A stretch of DNA of 64,000 bases, taken from contig JBKAGP010000001.1 in assembly GCA_046290465.1 (NCBI GenBank), forward strand, positions 2,176,001 to 2,240,000. Direction: 5' to 3'. A program made the translations under genes and the position numbers. Within the stretch, counting starts at the first letter, position 1. Every line of letters starts with the position of its first letter. Shown in pieces: positions 18,888-27,082 of the stretch. The notes beneath the pieces are model-generated. The model made no database searches and was not told the origin of the DNA. It saw only the letters and a list, made by a program, of their open reading frames with translations. The stretch comes from Planctomycetota bacterium (GTDB lineage Bacteria > Planctomycetota > UBA1135 > UBA2386).

Positions 18888-19505
18888 ATGCAGATCGACC
18901 GCCAGCTCGACCGCGACGGCCTGGCGCCGCGGACGCGCGCGCTGGTCGGCGCCGCCACTGCCGTCTGGCGCGCCGACTGGCCGCAGTTCCGGGCCTGGAT
19001 CGAGGCCGCCCGAGCACGCGACCACCGACGCACCGATGTCGACGAGACGCTGCTGATGTGCGTGCTGTTCTGCGGGTTCCCGCGGGTCATCACCGCCTGG
19101 GAGCACTTCGCCGACGCGTGGCCCATCGGCGCCGCACCGACCGGCGGCGCCCTGCCGCTCGACGAGCAGTTGCCCGCAGGTCGCGAGCTGTTCGCGTCGA
19201 TCTACGGCCGCAACGACGCGCCCGTGCGCGAGATGCTGCGCGGCTACCACCAGGAGCTGCACGACTTCGTGCTCGAGTCGGCCTACGGCCGCATCCTGGC
19301 GCGGCCCGGCCTCGCTGCGGTCACCCGCGAACTGGTCGCCGTCGGGGTACTCGCGGCGCAGCAGCAGAAGCGGCAGTTCGCCGGCCATGCGCGCGGGGCG
19401 CAGCACCTGGGCGCGAGCCGCGACGAACTGCGCGAGGTGCTGGTGACGACGTTCGACGGCGACGAGGATCGCGTCGGCGAGTGGTTCGGACGGGTGCGCA
19501 CGTAG
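18888..19505 (+). CDS. Carboxymuconolactone decarboxylase (CMD/AhpD-like) family protein
   Basis: 'LFCGFPR', 'AYGRILARPGL...RELVAV', 'HARGA..LGAS..EL'. Confidence 0.8.
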   Translation: MQIDRQLDRDGLAPRTRALVGAATAVWRADWPQFRAWIEAARARDHRRTDVDETLLMCVLFCGFPRVITAWEHFADAWPIGAAPTGGALPLDEQLPAGRELFASIYGRNDAPVREMLRGYHQELHDFVLESAYGRILARPGLAAVTRELVAVGVLAAQQQKRQFAGHARGAQHLGASRDELREVLVTTFDGDEDRVGEWFGRVRT

Positions 19506-19588
19506 CGCGCGTCATCGGCAAGCCGGTGGCTGGTGTCGCGGTCCGGCTCGGACGGGCGGGCGTTCGCGCCGCGCGGGCTCGGCCGCGC

Positions 19589-19757
19589 GGGCGTCGGTGC
19601 GAGATGCCGTCCGTACAGAAAGGAAGACTCTCCACCTCGCCCCCGGAAACCAGAGCAACGTGCCCGAGTTTCCTCGGTGGAGAGTCTCGTTGGTTGCCCA
19701 TGATCAAGGCTCACACCAAGGCCACGGACACTCGCAACTACCCTGGCGCCCCGACGC
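19589..19757. ncRNA. Candidate structured non-coding RNA (nested stems, three-way junction)
   Basis: Nested complementary pairs TGCGAG/CTCGCA, GTCCGT/ACGGAC, AGACTCTCCACC/GGTGGAGAGTCT, GGAAAC/GTTTCC and side stem TTGGT/ACCAA in a lower-GC intergenic gap. Confidence 0.35.
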
Positions 19758-19863
19758 GGTTTCGGTTCGTGTCCAAAAAAAGTCCAACCCGCGTCGAGCC
19801 CAGGCGCCGTTGCCACCGGGATCGGGCCGACCGCACGCCACGGGGTATCATTCGGCCGCCCAG

Positions 19864-20487
19864 ATGACCTCGTCCGAAGCCCCCGAACCCAGACATCCAC
19901 ACCGCGACGCCACCGAATGGGGACGTCTCGTGGAGAGTCTGGACGTGGCGAGCATCTTCGTCGTCATCGGCAGCTGGCTGTCGCCGCGCCTGCGTGCCGA
20001 GGTGACCGCCGAGGACATCTGGCAGGAGACGTTGTGGGGTTCGTGGCGCGACCGCGACCAGCACGAGTGGCGCAACCTCGCTGCCTGGCGCGCCTGGCTG
20101 CTGTCGATCGCCAAGAACCGGGTCCGGGACGCGGGTCGGCTGATCGGACGGACCAAGCGCGGCGGCGACCACCAGATCGCGCCGTTCTCGATGCTCGGCC
20201 CCGACTCGGTTTCGTCGCTGCTGCCGCCGGGCTCGACCACGCCGAGCCGGGTCGCCGGCTTCCGCGAACGGGCGCGGGCGATGGAGACCGCGCTGCAGGG
20301 CCTCGACGAGGACCTGCGTGCGATCGTGCAGCTGCGGTTGTTCGAGGAGATCCCGATGCGCGAGATCGCGACGCAGCTCGGGCTGCCGCTGTCGACCGCG
20401 AAGGAACGGCTGCTGCGCGGCGTCACCCGCTACCGCAACCGCCTGCGCCAGCTGCTCGGCAGCGACGGCTCGGAGTCGACGTCGTGA
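19864..20487 (+). CDS. ECF sigma-70 factor (kinase-associated type), module B
   Basis: 'VTAEDIWQE', 'WRAWLLSIAKNRVRD', 'TTPS', 'EIPMREIATQLGLPLSTAKERL'; GTGA overlap with kinase. Confidence 0.9.
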   Translation: MTSSEAPEPRHPHRDATEWGRLVESLDVASIFVVIGSWLSPRLRAEVTAEDIWQETLWGSWRDRDQHEWRNLAAWRAWLLSIAKNRVRDAGRLIGRTKRGGDHQIAPFSMLGPDSVSSLLPPGSTTPSRVAGFRERARAMETALQGLDEDLRAIVQLRLFEEIPMREIATQLGLPLSTAKERLLRGVTRYRNRLRQLLGSDGSESTS

Positions 20488-23400
20488 CCGCCGCGCCGCG
20501 CGAGCCCGACACGCAGGACGAAGAACTGCTGGCCGACCTGTTCGACTCCCTGCTCCAGGAGATCCTCGAAGGGCGCACCCCGGACCTCGACCAGCTGCAC
20601 CCTGACCGCCCGGACCTTCGCGAGCGGATCGCCAAGACCTGGAGCCTGGCGTGCTCGGTCGCCGGCCGCCGCGAGCCGAGTCGGCCGGTGTTCGGTGGCT
20701 ACGAGATCCTGCGCGAACTCGGCCACGGCGGCATGGGCACCGTCTACCTGGCCCGCCACCAGACGCTGCAGCGCGACGTCGCGGTCAAGGTGTTGCCGCA
20801 GTCGCTGGCGATGTCGCCGCACGCCAAGCAGCGGTTCGTCGACGAGGCGCGCGCCCTGGCCCAGATCCGGCACGACCACGTGGTGCACCTGCACCGCATC
20901 GTCGACCACGCCGAGATGCTGGCGTTCGAGATGGAGTACATCGACGGGCCGAGCCTGTCGCAGCTGTTGGCGAAGCTGCGCAAGCACGACCGCCCGCACT
21001 CCATCGACGCGTTGGCCGATGCGCTGTCGCTGCCGGCCGACGCGTTCGGGACCCGCAGTTCGGTCGAGTGGCTGGTGAGGCTGACCATCGAGATCGCGCG
21101 CGCGCTCGGCGAGGTCCACCGACACGGCCTCGTGCACCGCGACGTCAAGCCCGCCAACATCCTGCTGCGCACCGACGGCACGCCGGTGCTCGCCGACTTC
21201 GGCCTGGCCCTGCCGAGTGACCTCGACCCGCGCAGCCGCAAGTTCGCCGGCACCCCGGTCTACGCGGCGCCCGAACGGCTGCGCGGCGACGACCTCGACG
21301 CCAGCCCGGTCAGCGACGTCTATTCGCTGGGCGTCACGCTCTACGAGGCGCTGTCGCTGACCCCGCCGTACCAGGGCAACACCACCGACGAGGTGCTGCG
21401 CGGCATCGAAGGCGGCAAGGCGACGCCGCTGCGTCGGCTCGCCCCGCACATCTCGCAGGACCTGGCGACGATCGTGCAGAAGGCGATCGAACCCGACCCG
21501 CGCCACCGCTTCGCGAGCGCCGACGACCTCGCCGACGACCTCGAACGGCTGCTCGACCTGCAGCCGATCCGGGCGCGCCCGGCCGGTCCGCTGCGGCGGG
21601 CGGTCAAGTTCGTGCGCCGGCACCAGAAGGCGTTCCTGGCGGCGTCGATGAGCGCCGTGGTGGTCGCCGCGGTCGCGTGGCCGATGGCCGCGATGGCGCG
21701 CGAGCGCGACCAACGCGCGCAGGCGGCGGCCGCGGCGAGGCACCGCGGGCGCACGGCGTTACTGCACCAGGAGAGCCTGCCGTCGTGGTGGCGCAGCGTG
21801 CGCACCGCCGACCGCACCGTGCATCTCGGCGAACGCGACGAGGTCCGACTCGAAGCGCTGGCAGCCGCGCTCGGCCACTACGACGAGGCGCTGGCGGCGA
21901 CCCCCGACGACGCCCCGCTGCGGCTCGAGGCCGCCGCGGTCCGCGCCGCACACGACCGTCTGGCGGCGACTCCCACCGACACCGTCGACCTGACCCCGCT
22001 CGCCGACGACCCGTTCGCGCTCGGGCTGTACGCGTTCCTGCTCGGCGACCGGACCGGCCAGCGCCAGCGCTGGGACGACCTGCCGGCCGCCCAGCGCGAC
22101 GATCCGTTCGTCGACGCGTGCACGGCGCTGCGACTGTCGGCCGAGGGCACGGCCTCGCTCGCCTACCCACGGGTGTTCCACGCCGCGCGCGCGTTCCCCG
22201 AGGCGACCGCGCTGATCGTGGCGATGGCCGACGGCGCGCTCGCGGCCGGCGACGTCGACGACGCCCGCCGCTGGTCCGAACAGCTCCCCCACCGCGACGA
22301 CCTGGTGCTCGACACGCCGCGGCGCCTGCTCGCGGCCGACCTGCTCGCCGCCGACGGCGACGTCGAGGCGGCCAGGCGCCAGCTCCGCGAACTCGCGATC
22401 CAGCTGCGCTCCGACCCGCGACCGCAGCTGCGCCTGGTCGAGCTGGCGCTACGCGAGAACGACCTGAAGACCGTCGCGCGCCTGTGCCGGCAGCTGCTCC
22501 GGCAGTGGCCGGACCTGTGGCAGGCGCGGCGCCACCTGGCCCGCCTCGAACTGCAGCGCCGCGACCTGCCGGCCTACCTCGCGCACGTTCGCCACGCGCA
22601 GCGCAGCGACCCCGCGCACTACGAAGCGCTGCTGAACCTGGCCGGCCTGCGCCACCAGGGCCGGCCGCTGCGCGAACCCCCGGTGGTGCCGATCCAGACG
22701 CTGTGCGACCAGCGGCAGCGACGCGGCATCGTGCAGGCGCTCGACGTGCTGCCCGAGTTCGACCGGCTGACCGAGCTCGCCGCGCACCTCGATCCGACGC
22801 CGACCGGCAGCGCGATGCTGACCGCTTCGCTGTGCGCGCTGCGCTTCCCCGACGTGACCGCGCGGCTACCGGACCTCGGCAAGGGCACGCTGGCGATCCT
22901 GCCGCTGCTGCGCGGCGAACTCGCGCGCTGGCTCAATCCGGTGCTGCTGCCGTACCGGACCGCGCTCGGCGCGCACTTCCGACTGATCGAGGACCGCATC
23001 TTCGTCCGCTACGCCAACCCGGACTACGAGCAGTTCTACGGCAACCAGGTGCTCGATGTCGGCGACCTCGACGGCGACTCGCTGCCGGACGTACTGATCT
23101 CGGCGCCGCCGGGCAACGGCAACGTCGGCAGCGGCTTCGTCGAACTGCGCAGCCGCGTCGACGGCACGCTGCTGTCGACGTGGCGCAGCGACGACCGCTT
23201 CAACCTGTTCGGCCAGGCGATCGCCAACCTGCGCGACGTCGACGGCGACGTCTGCAACGACATCCTCGTCAGCAGTCCGTGCGGGCCGGGCGGCATCGAC
23301 GAACCGGCCCACGTCGAGCTGCGCTCCGGACGCACCGGCGACGTGCTGTGGCGGGTCTCGGCCGACAAGCCTTCGTTCGGGGCCGTGCTGGCGGTGATCG

Positions 23401-24191
23401 ACGACATCGACCGCGACGAGGTGCGCGACTTCGCGGTCGGCATCCCGCCGCTCCGCATCGGCGAACCGGGCCGCGTCCGGATCTGCTCGGGGCGCGACGG
23501 CCGCGCGCTGCGCGAACTCGATCCGCCGCGCCAGGACACCTGGTTCGGCGGCGCGCTGGCGCACCTCGGCGACCTCAACGGCGACGGCTACGGCGAACTG
23601 CTGGTCAGCGGCCAGTACGGGCGCGCGCCCGGCCTCGCGGTCGTGTTCGACCCGCGCACCGGCGCCCGCCTGCTGACGCTCAACGACGAACGCACCCACA
23701 CTGCGTTCGGCTACGCGGTCGCGGCGCTCAAAGACGTCGACGGCGACGGCTTCGCGGACTTCGCGATCGGCTCGCCGGGCGACGGCGCCGGCACGGTCGC
23801 GGTGCTCAGCGGCCGCAGCGGCGAACCGATCTACGAGGTGCACGGCGAACGGCGCGGCGAGGAGTTCGGCAGCCGGCTGTGCGCGATGCCCGACTGGCGC
23901 GGCGACGGCCAGCCGGCGCTGGCGGTCGGCAGCCTGCGCGGCGGGCCGCACGGCGGCGGCTCGATCCGCGTGTTCGACGCGCGCAGCGGCGCGCCGCTGC
24001 AGACGTTCGCATCCACCGGCGGCCTGTTCGGCTACTCGTTCAGCGACCTCGGCGACCTCGACGGCGACGGCCTGCGCGACCTCGGCATCATGTCGGTGCG
24101 CGGCGCCGGCGACGTGCACATGATGGTGATGAGCTTCGCCGACCTGCTGGCCGGCCGCTGGCCCGGCGAAGCCCCCACAAAGGGGCGCTGA
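20484..24191 (+). CDS. Ser/Thr kinase with TM, TPR-like region and C-terminal FG-GAP (integrin-alpha-like) repeats (module B)
   Basis: GHGGMG, HRDVKPAN, DFGLA, GTPVYAAPE; repeated FG....GDLDGDG..D motifs. Confidence 0.92.
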   Translation: MTAAPREPDTQDEELLADLFDSLLQEILEGRTPDLDQLHPDRPDLRERIAKTWSLACSVAGRREPSRPVFGGYEILRELGHGGMGTVYLARHQTLQRDVAVKVLPQSLAMSPHAKQRFVDEARALAQIRHDHVVHLHRIVDHAEMLAFEMEYIDGPSLSQLLAKLRKHDRPHSIDALADALSLPADAFGTRSSVEWLVRLTIEIARALGEVHRHGLVHRDVKPANILLRTDGTPVLADFGLALPSDLDPRSRKFAGTPVYAAPERLRGDDLDASPVSDVYSLGVTLYEALSLTPPYQGNTTDEVLRGIEGGKATPLRRLAPHISQDLATIVQKAIEPDPRHRFASADDLADDLERLLDLQPIRARPAGPLRRAVKFVRRHQKAFLAASMSAVVVAAVAWPMAAMARERDQRAQAAAAARHRGRTALLHQESLPSWWRSVRTADRTVHLGERDEVRLEALAAALGHYDEALAATPDDAPLRLEAAAVRAAHDRLAATPTDTVDLTPLADDPFALGLYAFLLGDRTGQRQRWDDLPAAQRDDPFVDACTALRLSAEGTASLAYPRVFHAARAFPEATALIVAMADGALAAGDVDDARRWSEQLPHRDDLVLDTPRRLLAADLLAADGDVEAARRQLRELAIQLRSDPRPQLRLVELALRENDLKTVARLCRQLLRQWPDLWQARRHLARLELQRRDLPAYLAHVRHAQRSDPAHYEALLNLAGLRHQGRPLREPPVVPIQTLCDQRQRRGIVQALDVLPEFDRLTELAAHLDPTPTGSAMLTASLCALRFPDVTARLPDLGKGTLAILPLLRGELARWLNPVLLPYRTALGAHFRLIEDRIFVRYANPDYEQFYGNQVLDVGDLDGDSLPDVLISAPPGNGNVGSGFVELRSRVDGTLLSTWRSDDRFNLFGQAIANLRDVDGDVCNDILVSSPCGPGGIDEPAHVELRSGRTGDVLWRVSADKPSFGAVLAVIDDIDRDEVRDFAVGIPPLRIGEPGRVRICSGRDGRALRELDPPRQDTWFGGALAHLGDLNGDGYGELLVSGQYGRAPGLAVVFDPRTGARLLTLNDERTHTAFGYAVAALKDVDGDGFADFAIGSPGDGAGTVAVLSGRSGEPIYEVHGERRGEEFGSRLCAMPDWRGDGQPALAVGSLRGGPHGGGSIRVFDARSGAPLQTFASTGGLFGYSFSDLGDLDGDGLRDLGIMSVRGAGDVHMMVMSFADLLAGRWPGEAPTKGR

Positions 24192-24194
24192 CGC

Positions 24195-24986
24195 CTACTT
24201 GCCGAGCCAGCGACGCCGCCGCATCGCGCGCTCGACGCGAGCATGCAGCGACCGCCAGCAGGCGTGCCGCGCGGCGCGGTCGAGGCCGAGCCCGCGCAGG
24301 AAGCGCATCGTCTCGGCACGGCTCGGCACCGCGGCGAGCCGGCTGCGGTGCTTGACGACGTAGCGCTGCATGCGCGCCAGCATGTCGTCGCGCGCGCGGT
24401 CGCCGACCGGCACTTCGATGCGCGCCCGGTCGAGGTCGACCAACACCGCGCGGACCTTGTCGCCGCTCGGCCAGCACAGCACGTTGTCGAAGTGCAGGTC
24501 CGGGTGGCGCAGGCCCGCCGCGAACGCCAGCTGCACCACCGTGCCGACCGCCTCGGCCGCGGCGCGACGCCGTTCCGGGAACTCGGCGAGGAACTGCGGC
24601 ACCGTGCGCGCCTCCGGCAACCACTCGGTGCACAACCGCAGCCGCCAGAACGCGCCGTGGCGGCGGGCCACCGCCGCGACCGGCGCGACCACGGGCACCC
24701 CTTCCTGCTGCAGCCGATGCAGCACCTCGAGCTCGTCGCGCGCCCGGGCCGGCTTCGGATAACGGTCGGCGAGCAGCGAGCCGAGCGCACCGCCCCGTCG
24801 ATACGGACGGACGACCAGCTGCCGGTCGCCGACGTCGAGCCGGCCGATGCCGCCGCGCCCCTTGGCGCCCGGCATCGGCTCGAGCCGTTCCCAGAAGACG
24901 TCGAGGTCGAGGTCGGCGAGGTCCTCGCGAACCCAGCCGACCTTCTGCCGCTCCCGCGTCTCGACGAACGAACCGAACCCAGCCAC
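24195..24986 (-). CDS. Lipopolysaccharide/Kdo kinase family (KdkA-like)
   Basis: 'KGRGG', 'VRPYRRGG', 'HPDLHFDN', 'VDLDRA'; start GTG 24986 (alternative ATG 24995). Confidence 0.85.
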   Translation of the reverse strand: MAGFGSFVETRERQKVGWVREDLADLDLDVFWERLEPMPGAKGRGGIGRLDVGDRQLVVRPYRRGGALGSLLADRYPKPARARDELEVLHRLQQEGVPVVAPVAAVARRHGAFWRLRLCTEWLPEARTVPQFLAEFPERRRAAAEAVGTVVQLAFAAGLRHPDLHFDNVLCWPSGDKVRAVLVDLDRARIEVPVGDRARDDMLARMQRYVVKHRSRLAAVPSRAETMRFLRGLGLDRAARHACWRSLHARVERAMRRRRWLGK

Positions 24987-25067
24987 GCCGGGCATGGTAG
25001 CGCCGGCGGGACGACCCGCGCCACGAACCGCTGGAAGTCCGACGCGGGATGGCGAATGCTGCACGCG

Positions 25068-26135
25068 ATGGACCACGCGACCGCGCCGATGGACGCCGAC
25101 ACGCTGCCGGGCGAACGCCTGCTGCCGCGCGGCGGTCGCGTGCTCGTGATCCGGCTGTCGGCGCTCGGCGACGTGCTGTTCGCGCTCGAGACCGTCGCGG
25201 CACTGCGCCGTGACCGCCCCGACGTGGCGATCGACTTCCTGGTCGAGGACCGCTTCGCGAAGCTGCTCGACGGCCACCCACAGATCGACCGCGTGCTGGT
25301 CTACCCGCGCAAGCACCGACTGCGCATTCCGGGCTCGCTGTGGTCGCTCCGCCGCACGGCCTACGACGTCGCGCTGGACCTGCACGGCATCCAGAAGAGC
25401 GCGATGCACATGTTCGCTTGCCGAGCGCGCACCAAGGTCGGCCCGGCCGCGCCCGCTTCGCGGGAAGGTGCGACGATCAGCTACGGCCTGACGGTGCCGA
25501 TGACGACGCCGCCGCCGCACCGGGCTGCGATCGGTCACATGCTGCTCGCGGCCATCGGGCTCTCGGGCGAGCCGTGCGCACCGACGATCGCGACCGACGC
25601 GCCGCCGCCCGAACTGCTCGAAGGCCTGCCGCGACCGCGCGTGCTGCTGCACCCGGGCACGTCGGCGTTCGCCGCGTTCAAGCGCTGGCCGGGCGACCGC
25701 TTCGCCGAGCTCGCGCGGCGGCTCGACGGCCGCGGCGTCGGCGTCGTCGTCGGCTACGGTCCGGGCGAGCAGGAGCTCGCGGCTCCCGCGCTGGCCGCAG
25801 CGGGGCGCAGCCGGGCCGCCGACGGCAGCCAGCTCGGCCTTGCCGGCCTCGCCGGCGTCATGCAGCAGTGCGACGTCGTGGTCGCCGCCGACACCGGGCC
25901 GCTACACCTCGGTGCCACCGTCGGCGCGCGCTGCGTCGCGATCTTCGGCCCGAAGAACCCCGACCGCTACGGGCCGCGCGCGCACGGCGACGTGCGCCAC
26001 GAACTCGTCTACCACGACGTGCCGTGCCGACCGTGCAAGCGACGCACCTGCGCCACGCCACAATGCGTGCTCGGCATCGACGTCGACACCGTCGAACGTG
26101 CCGTGCTGCGCCAACTCGAGAGCCTGCCAACGTGA
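25068..26135 (+). CDS. Glycosyltransferase family 9 (LPS heptosyltransferase-like)
   Basis: 'LVIRLSALGDV', 'DLHG..KSA', 'HPG...KRWP', 'DTGPLHL', 'IFGP', 'CRPC'. Confidence 0.92.
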   Translation: MDHATAPMDADTLPGERLLPRGGRVLVIRLSALGDVLFALETVAALRRDRPDVAIDFLVEDRFAKLLDGHPQIDRVLVYPRKHRLRIPGSLWSLRRTAYDVALDLHGIQKSAMHMFACRARTKVGPAAPASREGATISYGLTVPMTTPPPHRAAIGHMLLAAIGLSGEPCAPTIATDAPPPELLEGLPRPRVLLHPGTSAFAAFKRWPGDRFAELARRLDGRGVGVVVGYGPGEQELAAPALAAAGRSRAADGSQLGLAGLAGVMQQCDVVVAADTGPLHLGATVGARCVAIFGPKNPDRYGPRAHGDVRHELVYHDVPCRPCKRRTCATPQCVLGIDVDTVERAVLRQLESLPT

Positions 26136-26590
26136 CCCCTGTCCCGACCACCGTCATCCGGCACCCCAAGGAACGCATCAGCAAGTGCTCGCTGCGGTTC
26201 CTGCACGACCGCCCGGAGATGACGTTCTTGCGCGGCAAGCCGGAGCTGCAGTTCGACGCGACCGGCTTCCTGCTGCTCGCCGTCGACGCGCCGCCGCTGT
26301 CGCTCGACGACGCCGGCCACCCGTTGCTGCTGCTGGACTCGACCTGGAGGTGGCTGCCGCAGCTCGAGGCGTGCGTCGTCGGCAATCCGATCCGCCGCTC
26401 GATCCCGGGCGGCTTGCGCACCGCCTACCCGCGCGTCAGCAAGGTCTTCGACGACCCGGCCGCCGGCCTGGCTTCGATCGAAGCGCTCTACGTCGCGCGC
26501 AAGCTGCTCGGCGACGACGACCCCGCCCTGCTCGAGGGCTACCACTGGCAGCAGGACTTCCTCGCGATCGTCGCGAACGCCGGGCTCTGA
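26132..26590 (+). CDS. Tsr3/DTW-like SAM-dependent aminocarboxypropyltransferase homolog
   Basis: 'HPKE..SKCSL', 'LLDSTW', 'RSIP...TAYPR', 'LASIEAL', 'YHW..DFL'; GTGA overlap with GT9 gene. Confidence 0.7.
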   Translation: MTPVPTTVIRHPKERISKCSLRFLHDRPEMTFLRGKPELQFDATGFLLLAVDAPPLSLDDAGHPLLLLDSTWRWLPQLEACVVGNPIRRSIPGGLRTAYPRVSKVFDDPAAGLASIEALYVARKLLGDDDPALLEGYHWQQDFLAIVANAGL

Positions 26591-26618
26591 CGGCGGCCCG
26601 GTCCGCGGACGCTGCACC

Positions 26619-26705
26619 CTAGTGGGCAAAGCCCCGTCCGCACGCGTACACGCCGCTTCCGCGATCACGGTCGGCAGCGCGTCCACTACATGGACGCGCT
26701 CCTAG
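26619..26705. repeat. 87-bp CTAG-bounded element, copy 1
   Basis: Identical to 32663-32749; hairpins GGGC-AAA-GCCC and AGCGCGTCCA-CTACA-TGGACGCGCT. Confidence 0.95.
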
Positions 26706-27082
26706 CGCTGCGGTCGCGCGATCGTCACCGCGAGGCGCGGCTCACCGTCGCCCTGCCGGACCAGCACCGCGGCGGCGCGCGCATCGCCGAGCGCCGCGGC
26801 CGGCACGGTGACCGACAGCTCGGTCAGCACCTGCGCGAACAGGTCGCCCGGCAGCGGCGCGTAGTGCAGCCGCACCTCGGCCAGTCCGTCGCGCAGCGCG
26901 ACGTCGTCGAGGGCCAGTCGGTAGCCGGCCGTCGGTGCCGTCATCTCGAGGCGAAGGTCGCCGCCGCCCAGCGGGCGGGCGACCACGGCGGGACCGTCGT
27001 GATCGGGCATGCGGATCGGCGGTGCGCCGCCGGCGCAAGCCGGCAGCGCGATCAGCGATGCGAGGGCGAGGCGCCCGCGCAT
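26702..27082 (-). CDS. Small lipoprotein with PrcB C-terminal-like domain
   Basis: Lipobox-like LPAC; 'APTAGYRL...VRLHY.P..GDLFAQVLT' resembles the PrcB_C motif; start overlaps stop of S8 gene. Confidence 0.6.
   Translation of the reverse strand: MRGRLALASLIALPACAGGAPPIRMPDHDGPAVVARPLGGGDLRLEMTAPTAGYRLALDDVALRDGLAEVRLHYAPLPGDLFAQVLTELSVTVPAAALGDARAAAVLVRQGDGEPRLAVTIARPQR

Noticed and set aside
19321..19707. 128-aa minus ORF across the structured intergenic region
   Set aside because: No RBS, overlaps the CMD gene antisense, and has non-protein-like composition
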